Assembly (NCBI RefSeq): GCF_011772445.1
Contig: NZ_WVZN01000017.1
Coordinates: 67,622-131,621 of the forward strand
DNA: 64,000 nucleotides
Reading direction: 5' to 3'
Source of the DNA: Hydrogenophaga sp.
Lineage (GTDB): Bacteria; Pseudomonadota; Gammaproteobacteria; Burkholderiales; Burkholderiaceae_C
The position numbers and the translations under genes were made by a program. The notes under the pieces were generated by a model that was not told the DNA's origin, searched no databases, and saw nothing but the letters and a program-made list of their open reading frames with translations. Each line of letters opens with the position of its first letter. The stretch's first letter is position 1. Shown piece by piece: positions 41,889-50,486 of this stretch.

Positions 41889-41994
41889 GTCATTGGGGAG
41901 TAGCCGTCCGGCGCCATGCGCCGGGGTTCGCGTCAACACACTTGGCCCGCAGGCCATGGCGCGAACAGCCTTCCAGCCTGGCAAGACCTTTGAC
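41889..41994 (+). promoter_or_regulatory. yybP-ykoY manganese riboswitch
   Basis: GGGGAGTAGC..CGTCAACACA..GGCAAGACC consensus, upstream of a UPF0016 Mn-homeostasis gene. Confidence 0.92.
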
Positions 41995-42044
41995 CGCACC
42001 GCCTCCGCACGCGCCGGGGAGGCGCTGCGGTCTTTGGTTTTTTT
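41992..42044 (+). terminator. Intrinsic terminator in the riboswitch expression platform
   Basis: GACCGCA-C-CGCCTCC..GGAGGCG-C-TGCGGTC followed by TTTGGTTTTTTT. Confidence 0.75.
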
Positions 42045-42066
42045 ACGCCGGCCGTTGGAGTTCTCC

Positions 42067-42648
42067 TTGGAAGCCTTCCTCCTGTCCACCGGCATCGTCG
42101 CGCTCGCCGAAATGGGCGACAAGACGCAATTGCTCTCGCTGGTGCTCGCCGCGCGATTCAAGCGCCCCTGGCCCATCGTCGCGGGCATCCTCGTCGCCAC
42201 CTTGCTCAACCACGCGCTCGCGGGCGCGGCCGGGGCGTGGATCATGGCCGCGGTGGGCCCCACGGTGATGCGCTGGGTTCTGGGCCTGTCCTTCGTCGCC
42301 ATGGCGGTGTGGATGCTGATCCCCGACAAGCTCGATGCGGATGAGGTGAAGGCTTCTCGCGGACTGGGTGTGTTCGCTGCCACCACCTGGGCCTTCTTTC
42401 TGGCGGAGATGGGCGACAAGACGCAGATCGCGACCATCGCGCTGGGTGCGCAGTACGAGCCGCTGTTCGCCGTGGTGATCGGCACCACGCTGGGCATGAT
42501 GATCGCGAACGCGCCGGTGGTGTTCTTCGGCGACGCGATCACGCGGCGCGTGCCGATCAAGGTGGTGCACGCGGTCGCGGCGCTGATCTTCGCGGCGCTG
42601 GGCGTGTTCGCGCTGTGGGGCGCGAACACGCTGCTGGGGGCTCAGTAG
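42067..42648 (+). CDS. TMEM165/GDT1 (UPF0016) putative Mn2+ exporter
   Basis: Two AEMGDKTQ motifs; TTG start inferred. Confidence 0.93.
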   Translation: MEAFLLSTGIVALAEMGDKTQLLSLVLAARFKRPWPIVAGILVATLLNHALAGAAGAWIMAAVGPTVMRWVLGLSFVAMAVWMLIPDKLDADEVKASRGLGVFAATTWAFFLAEMGDKTQIATIALGAQYEPLFAVVIGTTLGMMIANAPVVFFGDAITRRVPIKVVHAVAALIFAALGVFALWGANTLLGAQ

Positions 42649-44440
42649 AGGTAGACGGCGCCGCTGTTGCTGAGGCTGTTGTCGGCCTGGTTGCCGTTGA
42701 TGCCGGTGGCGTTGCTGTCTTCCTGGATCGAGCCGACGGCCAGGGTGAGCGCCTTGCCTTCGCCGCCGAGTGCCAGGCCGCCCACACCGTAGAAGTCGAG
42801 GCCCTGGCCGCCACCGAACCGGTCATCCGCGTCCGTGTTGGGGGCTTTCACGTAGGCCCGCTGTGCCCAGTTGCCGCCGCTGCGGACGAAGACATACACG
42901 GCGCCGCTGTCCGGTGCGCTGCTGTCGGCCTGATTGCCGTTGATGCCGATGGCACCGCTGCGCTCGAAGGGGGCGCCCACGGCCAGCGTAAGGCCGTCGG
43001 GTGACAGGGCCATGCCGGCGCCGAATCGATTGCTGAGAGGATTGGATGCCTTCAGAGAGGCCTGCTGCGTCCAGTCGCTGCCGCTGCGCGTGAACACATA
43101 GACGGCACCGGTGAGGATCTGTTCGGCATAGGCCGATGCAGCCAGTGTGTTGCCATCGGCGGACAGGGCGACGACCCCTCCGAAGGCATCGCCTGCGGCG
43201 GTGTTGGAGGCCTTCAGATAGGCCTGCTGGCTCCAGGTGCCGCTGCTGCGCGTGAAGACATAGGCGGCACCGCTGTCGGTGGCGCTGTTGTCGACCTGAT
43301 TGCCGCCGGCCGTGCCGGTGACGTTGCTGTCCTCGCGGTCGGCGCCCACGACCAGGGTGCTGCCGTCGGCGGCGAGGGCGACGGATCGGCCGAAGACGTC
43401 GCCCGCTCCCGTGTTGGACGCTTTGACATAGGCTTGCTGCGCCCAGGCGCTGCCGTCGTGCGAGAACACGTAGACGGCGCCGCTGTCGGTGGCGCTGTTG
43501 TCGGCCTGACTGCCGCCGATGCCCATGGCGTTGCTGTCTTCACCGATGGCGCCCACCGCCAGGGTGGTGCCGTTGGCCGACAGCGCCAGGCTGTGGCCAA
43601 ACCCATCGTCCGCACCGGAGTTGCTGGCTTTCACATACGCTTCCTGGGCCCAGCTTGTGCCCTGGCGCCTGAATACATAGACCGCCCCGCTTTCGTGCAG
43701 GGAGTTGTCGGCCGGGTCGATGCTGTTGACGCCGTTGGCCTCGCTGTCTTCGCCCTTGGCGCCGACCGCCAGCACGTCGCCGTTGCCCGACAGGGCCACC
43801 GCGAAGCTGCCGAATCCATCGCCCGCTTCGGTGTTGGCGCCGGTCACCAGGGCTTGCTGTACCCAGGCGCCACCATGGCGCGCAAACACGTGGACCGCGT
43901 CCCTGTTGTTGCCAATGGCCATCGTCTGGCCATCGCGCGAAAGCGCCACGCTGAGGCCGAAGCGGCCGTTCTCTGTTTGGCTGGATGACTTTACATAGCC
44001 CGTGGCCGCCGCCAGGTTGCCCGACACGCCGACAGCCGCCGAGTCCGCGCAGCCGCGGCATTGCAGGCCTGCAGCACGTAGCGCGCGTTCACACGCGCCG
44101 GCAGGAACACCGCGTGGTCGTAGGTGCTGGTGTCGGCGGGCAGGTCGCCATCTGGCACGGGCTGGTAGCCCGAGCCGCCATCCGGGTCCTCCAGCAGCAC
44201 GTAGCGCGTGGCGCCGCTCACCGGCGCCCAGCTGAAATGGAAGGTCTTGGTGCTCTGTGGTGTCAGGCTCAGCGTGGGGGCCGATGGTGTGTCGGCACCG
44301 CCACCACCGCCTCCACCACCACCGCCTCCGCCTCCACCACCGCCGCCTCCACTACCGCCGCCGCCGCAGGCGATCAGTGCACAGGCGCTTACGCCCAGCG
44401 CGGCGATGGCCGCATAACGCTTGATCTTGAATATGTTCAT
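42642..44440 (-). pseudogene. Lipoprotein with Gly linker, FN3-like domain and seven FG-GAP/integrin-type repeats; frameshifted at about 44053
   Basis: ORFs 43991-44440 and 42642-44027 join into 599 aa if one base is added (CNAAGCADSAAVGVSGNLAA); span is 1799 nt. Confidence 0.85.
44298..44365 (-). repeat. Low-complexity GGN repeat encoding G4-S-G18
   Basis: ccg/cca/cct triplet run on the + strand directly after the lipobox Cys. Confidence 0.85.
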
Positions 44441-44696
44441 GTCAGTGTTTCGCTGAAGAAGAAGGGAGGGCGAACCATTGAATGCGAGGGCCAGACAGGC
44501 CACCATTCGCCGGACTGCCTAACGGCCACATGCAGCTGGCCTAGCAATTTGGCCGTAGGGCATTGCATTGGTGGTCAGGGGGGTATGCGAGACCCAAGGT
44601 GCGCCTCGTCCCTCATCGCCGCACTCGACCGTGCCGACGCCGACGCACCCGTGTCCCGCTGGCGTCGGGCGCCGACGTGGCAAGCGGCGCAAGCGC

Positions 44697-45599
44697 TCAG
44701 TCGTCGAACGCGCGCGGTCCGAGCTGCGCCACCACGTGGTTGATGAAGCAACTGATGCGCGAGGCCAGGGCCGTGTTGCGGTAGTACACGGCGTTGATCG
44801 GCTGGCGCACGTCCAGCGTCTGGCGCGCGAACAGGGGCACCAGCCGGCCGGCCTGCCGGTCCTCGCGCGTCATGAAGTCGGACAGGCAGACGATGCCGGC
44901 GTCCGCCAGCGCCAGCTGCCGCAGGGTCTCGCCGCTGGATGAGGCGATGCTCGGGCGGATGTGCAGGGTGTTGCCGTCGGCGTCGCGCAGCGGCCAGTCG
45001 TTCAGCGTCTCGGGCTGTGTGAAGCCCAGCAGCGAGTGGCGCGCGAGCTGCGACACCTTGGTGGGCGTGCCGTGCCGCTTCAGGTAGCCCGAGCTGGCCA
45101 GCACGCGCAGGCGACTGGTGCCAATGGGCCGCGCGCGCAGCGTCGAGTCCTTCAAGGTCCCGATGCGAAAGGCCAGGTCGGTGCGCTTCTCGATCAGGTC
45201 AATGAAGCCTTCGTTGCTGTGCAGCTCCAGTGACACCTGCGGGTGGCGTTCGCGGAAGCCGCCCGCCAGTGGGGCGATGACGTGCAGCATGAAGGGCGTG
45301 GACGCGTCCACGCGCAGGCGGCCCGAGGGCTGTTCCAGGCGTGCAGCCATCTGTTCCTCGGCCTCGTCCACGGAGGCGAGGATGGCGCGCGCGTGCTGCA
45401 GGAAGGCCTCGCCTTCTTCGGTGAGCTCCAGGCGCCGTGTGGTCCGCCGCAGCAGGGTGGCGGCGAGCTTGCGCTCGAGCCGGCCCAGTGCGCGGCTCAC
45501 GCCCGAGACGGTCTGGCCCAACTGCTCGGCGGCGGCGGTGATGGAGCCGGTGTCCACCACGCGGGTGAAGGCCTGCATTTCGTCCAGGGTGGTTTTCAT
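44697..45599 (-). CDS. LysR family regulator (YafC-like)
   Basis: GSITAAAEQLG..VSRALGRLE..LLRRTTRRLELTEEG. Confidence 0.93.
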   Translation of the reverse strand: MKTTLDEMQAFTRVVDTGSITAAAEQLGQTVSGVSRALGRLERKLAATLLRRTTRRLELTEEGEAFLQHARAILASVDEAEEQMAARLEQPSGRLRVDASTPFMLHVIAPLAGGFRERHPQVSLELHSNEGFIDLIEKRTDLAFRIGTLKDSTLRARPIGTSRLRVLASSGYLKRHGTPTKVSQLARHSLLGFTQPETLNDWPLRDADGNTLHIRPSIASSSGETLRQLALADAGIVCLSDFMTREDRQAGRLVPLFARQTLDVRQPINAVYYRNTALASRISCFINHVVAQLGPRAFDD

Positions 45600-45701
45600 T
45601 ATTGATTCCGGATCAATATTATTTGGCTTATAGACGGCTTTTTATGCAAGCGCAAACGGACGAGACTGCGCGCCATTCCTCACCCCCAACGCGGAGCCGC
45701 C

Positions 45702-46886
45702 ATGCCCCTTGCCTTGCTGGCGCTGACCATCAGCGCCTTCGCCATCGGAACCACCGAATTCGTCATCGTCGGGCTGATCCCGACCATCGCCGCCGACCTC
45801 GGCGTGAGCGTGCCCTCGGCCGGTCTGCTCGTCAGTCTCTATGCCCTGGGCGTGGCGGTGGGCGCGCCGGTGCTCACCGCGCTCACCGGGCGCCTGCCCC
45901 GCAAGGCCTTGCTGGTCGGCCTGATGGCGCTGTTCACCCTGGGCAACCTGATCGCCTGGCAGGCGCCGGGCTACGGAACGCTGGTGGTGGCGCGCATGCT
46001 CACGGGGCTCACGCACGGCGTGTTCTTCTCGGTGGGTTCCATCATCGCCACCAACCTGGTGGCGCGCGAGAAGGCGGCCAGCGCCATCGCCACCATGTTC
46101 AGCGGCCTCACGGTGGCTTTCGTCACCGGCGTGCCACTGGGCACCTTCATCGGCCAGCGCTTCGGCTGGAACGCCACCTTTCTCGTGGTCTCGCTCTTCG
46201 GCCTGGTGGCGCTGATCGGGGCGCTGGCCTTCGTTCCGCGCGGCATCGAGCAGGCCCCGCCCGCGCCGCTGCGCCGTCAGGCCCGTGTGCTGCTGCAGCC
46301 GCGCCTGCTGCTGGTCTATGCGATGACGGCCGTGGGCTACGGCGGTTCGATGATCGCCTTCACTTTCCTGGCGCCCATCCTGCAGGACATCGCCGGCTTC
46401 AGCCCGAACCTGGTGGGCGTGTTGCTGCTGCTCTATGGCGTGTCAGTGGCCGTCGGCAATGTGTGGGGCGGCCGCCTGGCGGACCGCGCCGGGCCGGTGA
46501 GTGCGCTCAAGACCATCTTCCTGCTGCTGGCCGCCGTGCTGCTGGTGCTCAACTTCACTGCGCCGCACCCCTGGCTGGTGGCGCTGACGGTGCTGGCCTG
46601 GGGCGGTGTGGCCTTCGGCAATGTGCCGGGGCTTCAGGTGTACGTTGTGCAGCAGGCGCGGCGTTTTGCGCCCGAGGCGGTGGACGTGGCTTCGGGCTTC
46701 AACATCGCGGCCTTCAACCTGGGCATCGCGGGCGGCGCCTGGGCCGGCGGTCAGGTGATCGCGCACCTGGGGCTGGCGCACACGCCCTGGATCGCGGCGC
46801 TCGTGACCTTGGCGGCCTATGGGCTGACGGTGCTCAGCGGACGCTTGGACCGCCGTTTGCCCCACACGCAGGCCGCCTGTGCCTGA
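45702..46886 (+). CDS. MFS transporter (DHA1/NepI-like)
   Basis: FAIGTTEFVIVGL, TGRLPRK, 12 hydrophobic segments. Confidence 0.92.
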   Translation: MPLALLALTISAFAIGTTEFVIVGLIPTIAADLGVSVPSAGLLVSLYALGVAVGAPVLTALTGRLPRKALLVGLMALFTLGNLIAWQAPGYGTLVVARMLTGLTHGVFFSVGSIIATNLVAREKAASAIATMFSGLTVAFVTGVPLGTFIGQRFGWNATFLVVSLFGLVALIGALAFVPRGIEQAPPAPLRRQARVLLQPRLLLVYAMTAVGYGGSMIAFTFLAPILQDIAGFSPNLVGVLLLLYGVSVAVGNVWGGRLADRAGPVSALKTIFLLLAAVLLVLNFTAPHPWLVALTVLAWGGVAFGNVPGLQVYVVQQARRFAPEAVDVASGFNIAAFNLGIAGGAWAGGQVIAHLGLAHTPWIAALVTLAAYGLTVLSGRLDRRLPHTQAACA

Positions 46887-46910
46887 ACCGGTTTTCACAA
46901 GGACATCGCC

Positions 46911-47714
46911 ATGAACATCCCAACCTTCGGCCTTGGCACTTTCCGTCTCAAGGGTCAGACCGTCATCGACTCCGTGCGCCAGGCGCTGGAACTCGGCTAC
47001 CGCGCCATCGACACCGCGCAGATCTACGGCAACGAGGCCGAGGTCGGCCAGGCCATCGCCGACAGCGGCGTGCCGCGCGAGCAGGTCTTCATCACCACCA
47101 AGATCTGGGTGGACCACGCCGCGAAGGACCAGTTGGCGCCCAGCCTGCGCGAGAGCCTGCGCAAGCTGCGCACCGAGCGGGTCGACCTGACGCTCATCCA
47201 TTGGCCGGCTCCGGGCAGTGGCGTGCCGTTGGAAGACACGCTGCAGGCCCTGGCCGACGCGAAAGCGCAGGGGCTCACGCGCCTGATCGGCGTCTCCAAC
47301 TTCAACATCGCGCTGACGCAGCAGGCCATCGAACGGCTGGGCGCTGACGCCATCGCCACCAACCAGGTCGAGCTGAGCCCCTACCTGCAGAACCGCGCCC
47401 TGGCCAGCTTCCTGCACTCGCAAGGCATCACGCCCACCTCGTACATGACCCTGGCCTACGGCAAGGTGCTCAAGGACCCGGTGATCGCCGCCATCGCCGC
47501 GAAGCACGGCGCCACGCCCGCGCAGGTGGCCCTGGCCTGGGCGCTGCGCCTGGGTTACGCGGTGATTCCCTCGTCCACGAAGCGCGAGCACCTGGCCAGC
47601 AACCTGCTGGCACAGCAACTGCGGCTGGACGACGACGACATGGCGCGCATCGTGGCGCTGGAGCGCAATGGGCGCGAGGTGAACCCGCAAGGGCTGGCGC
47701 CCGCGTGGGATTGA
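46911..47714 (+). CDS. dkgB: Aldo/keto reductase, 2,5-didehydrogluconate reductase B-like
   Basis: [35 protein letters not shown]. Confidence 0.85.
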   Translation: MNIPTFGLGTFRLKGQTVIDSVRQALELGYRAIDTAQIYGNEAEVGQAIADSGVPREQVFITTKIWVDHAAKDQLAPSLRESLRKLRTERVDLTLIHWPAPGSGVPLEDTLQALADAKAQGLTRLIGVSNFNIALTQQAIERLGADAIATNQVELSPYLQNRALASFLHSQGITPTSYMTLAYGKVLKDPVIAAIAAKHGATPAQVALAWALRLGYAVIPSSTKREHLASNLLAQQLRLDDDDMARIVALERNGREVNPQGLAPAWD

Positions 47715-47748
47715 GGGGCGCGCCGCCGGGGCCTGGCCCGGCGGGGCC

Positions 47749-48048
47749 TCAGCCGCAGGCGGCGCGAACGATCTTGCCGGACTTGGTGTCGGTCTCGATG
47801 GTGACCCGCTCCTGGCGGAAGTCCATCGTCACGGCCTGGCCGGGCTGGATCTGCCGCACGAGGGTGGCGCCAGTGAGCCGGCGGGCATCGGCGTCGCTGA
47901 CGGCGGGCTTGCCGACGAGGGCTTGCGCGGCGTCGGGGCGGCACAGGCTGGCGGGGCCGCCCGGCGCGGGTTGGGCCGGGCTCTGGCAGGCCGCGAGGCC
48001 CATGCAGAGCAAGGCGGCGGCGCCGGCGGCGAGGGATGTCGGTTTCAT
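47749..48048 (-). CDS. I78-family peptidase inhibitor, predicted lipoprotein
   Basis: Lipobox LAAC; C..AAQALVG; PGQAVTMDFRQERVTI; C-terminal ACG. Confidence 0.85.
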   Translation of the reverse strand: MKPTSLAAGAAALLCMGLAACQSPAQPAPGGPASLCRPDAAQALVGKPAVSDADARRLTGATLVRQIQPGQAVTMDFRQERVTIETDTKSGKIVRAACG

Positions 48049-48121
48049 TGGGGTGCCCTCCCTGGTGAGGTGTGGGCGAACGTCAACGGTCGTGGGGGCC
48101 GGCGTTCGCGCGCGGAGGCGG

Positions 48122-48195
48122 TGGAGCGGGTGAAGGGAATCGAACCCTCGTATGAAGCTTGGGAAGCTGCCGTTCTACCATTGAACTACACCCGC
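48122..48195 (-). tRNA. tRNA-Gly (CCC)
   Basis: GCGGGTGTAGTTCAATGGTAGAACGGCAGCTTCCCAAGCTTCATACGAGGGTTCGATTCCCTTCACCCGCTCCA; 74 nt, encoded CCA. Confidence 0.98.
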
Positions 48196-48206
48196 AGCAG
48201 GGGCGG

Positions 48207-48212
48207 ATTCTA
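48207..48212 (-). promoter_or_regulatory. Putative -10 box (TAGAAT) for tRNA-Gly
   Basis: TAGAAT followed by a GC-rich discriminator, 11 nt before the tRNA. Confidence 0.55.
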
Positions 48213-48223
48213 GCGTCTCGCGC

Positions 48224-49081
48224 TCAGTCCGCCCCGGTCGCGATCGGGGCGCCCGGGCGGGCGCACCACTCGCTCCACGAGCCCGGGTACAGCGCGGCGC
48301 CGCCCAGGCCCGCCACGGCCATGGCCAGCAGGTTGTGGCAGGCGCTGACACCCGATCCGCACTGGTTCACGATGGCCTCGGGCGAGCGGCCATCGAGCAG
48401 GGCCTCGAACTCGGCGCGCAGCTGCGCGGCGGGTTTGAATCGGCCGTCGGCTTGCAGGTTGTCGCGAAACAGGCGGTTGCGCGCGCCAGGGATGTGCCCG
48501 CCCACCGGATCCACGGTTTCGTTCTCGCCACGGAAGCGGTCGGGCGCGCGCGCGTCCAGCACCAGCCAGCGCGGCGCGTCGATGTTGGCGCGCAGCTGCT
48601 CGTAGCTGACGGTCTTCTCCAGCGAGGGGCGAGCCTTCAGCGGCGCAGGCCTGGGGCGGGGCGGTGCTTCGGTGCTCACGGCTTGCCCGGCCGCCTTCCA
48701 TGCACCCAGGCCGCCATCGAGCACAGCCACGGCTTCATGGCCGATCCAGCGCAGCGTCCACCACAGGCGCGCGGCGTACACGCCAGCGCTGCCGTCGTAC
48801 GCCACAACCCGGGTGTCGGTGCCGATGCCCAGCGCGCTCATGGCCTGCATGAACAGCAGTGGGTCGGGCAAGGGGTTGCGTCCGTTGTCGCCGCTGCGCG
48901 GGCCGGACAGGGTGTGGTGCATGTGCACGTGGTGCGCGCCGGGGATGTGGCCGGCTTCGTAGGCGCGCACGCCGGCGTCGGCGTCGCCGAGTTCGCTGCT
49001 GCAGTCGAGCACGACCGGGGGTTGCGGAGAACGCAGGGCCTGGGCGAGCTCGCTGGCGCTGATGAGGGTGCTGGGGTTCAT
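48224..49081 (-). CDS. Tandem-rhodanese sulfurtransferase (SseA/MST-like)
   Basis: GHIPGA twice, LWWTL, VLDGG, CGSGVSAC active-site loop, YPGSWSEW; start trimmed to MNPSTL. Confidence 0.93.
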   Translation of the reverse strand: MNPSTLISASELAQALRSPQPPVVLDCSSELGDADAGVRAYEAGHIPGAHHVHMHHTLSGPRSGDNGRNPLPDPLLFMQAMSALGIGTDTRVVAYDGSAGVYAARLWWTLRWIGHEAVAVLDGGLGAWKAAGQAVSTEAPPRPRPAPLKARPSLEKTVSYEQLRANIDAPRWLVLDARAPDRFRGENETVDPVGGHIPGARNRLFRDNLQADGRFKPAAQLRAEFEALLDGRSPEAIVNQCGSGVSACHNLLAMAVAGLGGAALYPGSWSEWCARPGAPIATGAD

Positions 49082-49094
49082 GGAGAGAAGGGGT

Positions 49095-50477
49095 TCAGGC
49101 CTTGTGGCCGCTGAGTTGGCTGCCCGCATCGCGCGGCAGGTGCCGGCAGGCGGGCGTGGCCAGGGCGCCGATGAAGGCCAGGACGAGAAAGGCGATGCCG
49201 TAGTCCAGCGGCGCGGCCTCGGCCCGGCCGGCGGCGCGCGCCGCGAGCGTGACCACCACCGAAGACAGCGAAATGCCGACCATGATGGCGAGCTGCCACA
49301 CCATGGTGTTGAGCGTGGTGGCTGCACCGATGCGCTGCGCCGGCAACTCGGCGTAGGCGATGGCCGCGACGGCGTTGAACTGCACCGCGCGGAAGAAACC
49401 CGCGATGGACACGGCCAGCGCGATGGCGCCCAGGCCCCAGTGGTCGCGGAACAGCGCGCACACCACCAGCCCGGCCACGCACAGCGAGCCGTTGACCAGC
49501 ATCACGCGGCGAAAGCCCCAGCGGCGCAGCATGGGCGTGGTCTGGGTCTTGGTGAGCATGGACACCACGCCGCTGGCCAGCAGCACCAGGCCGCTTTGCA
49601 CCGGCGTGTAGCCCAGGCCCAGTTGCAGCATCAGCGGCAGCAGGAAGGGCAGGGCGCCGTAGCCCACGCGCAGCAGCGAGCCCGACCAGAAGGAGGCCGC
49701 GAAGGTCGGCACGCGCAGCAGCGACCAATCCAGCATGGGCAGGCGCGCGCGGCGGCTGCGCTGCCAGTAGGCCAGCACCAGCAGCGCCATCGGCACCAGC
49801 CAGACGACGAGGTCCTGGCGCCCTTCGCGCACGCCCTCCAGCAGCACCACCACGATGGCCAGCGCGCCACCCAGCAGCAGCCAGGACAGCGCGTCGAAGC
49901 GGCCGTCGGCGCTCTGGCGGATCTGCGGGAAGGCGCGCAGCGAGCCCAGCAGGCACAGCAGCGCGATGGGCACGTTGATGAGGAAGATCCAGTGCCACGA
50001 CAGCCAGGTGGTGAGCAGGCCGCCCAGCGGCGGGCCCAGCATGGGGCCGGCCATGGCGAGCGTGATCATCCAGGCCAGCGCGTTCACCAGTTGCGGCTTG
50101 GGCGTGACGTGCACGATGGACGTGCGGCCCACGGGCACCATCAGCGCGGCCGAGGCACCCTGGATGGCGCGCGCCGCCACCAGCATGGGCAGGCTGGTGG
50201 ACAGCGCGCACATCAGCGAGCTGAGCGCGAAGACGGCCAGCGCGGCCTGGAATACCGTGCGCGTGCCGAAGCGCGAGGCCAGCCAGTCGCCCGTGGGGAT
50301 GAAGACCACGCTGCACAGCAGGTAGACCGTCATCGTGAGGTTCAGGCTGAGCGGGTCCACCCCCAGGCTGGCCGCGATGTCCGGGATGGCCGGCGCGATG
50401 ATGGTCGAGTCCAGCTGCTCCATGAAAAAGGCCAGCCCCACGGTGAGGGGGAGCAGGCGCTGGGGCGGGTGGACCAT
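49095..50477 (-). CDS. MFS transporter (DHA2, 14-TMS)
   Basis: FMEQLDSTII, RFGTR, GPMLGPPLGG, WIFLINVP. Confidence 0.9.
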   Translation of the reverse strand: MVHPPQRLLPLTVGLAFFMEQLDSTIIAPAIPDIAASLGVDPLSLNLTMTVYLLCSVVFIPTGDWLASRFGTRTVFQAALAVFALSSLMCALSTSLPMLVAARAIQGASAALMVPVGRTSIVHVTPKPQLVNALAWMITLAMAGPMLGPPLGGLLTTWLSWHWIFLINVPIALLCLLGSLRAFPQIRQSADGRFDALSWLLLGGALAIVVVLLEGVREGRQDLVVWLVPMALLVLAYWQRSRRARLPMLDWSLLRVPTFAASFWSGSLLRVGYGALPFLLPLMLQLGLGYTPVQSGLVLLASGVVSMLTKTQTTPMLRRWGFRRVMLVNGSLCVAGLVVCALFRDHWGLGAIALAVSIAGFFRAVQFNAVAAIAYAELPAQRIGAATTLNTMVWQLAIMVGISLSSVVVTLAARAAGRAEAAPLDYGIAFLVLAFIGALATPACRHLPRDAGSQLSGHKA

Positions 50478-50486
50478 GCAGCGAGC

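Noticed and set aside
41893-42066. N-terminal extension of the TMEM165/GDT1 ORF
   Set aside because: It is the riboswitch and terminator sequence; a leader peptide is not supported.
42642-44027. Recurrent DNA repeats (for example GCCGCTGTCGGTGGCGCTGTTGTCG) as a possible CRISPR or tandem array
   Set aside because: They are in-frame FG-GAP protein repeats with codon-level divergence; there is no repeat-spacer structure and no cas gene.
48122-48195. tRNA-Gly as attachment site of an active integrative element
   Set aside because: No integrase and no second copy of the tRNA 3' end seen in the window; kept only as a weak islet hypothesis.
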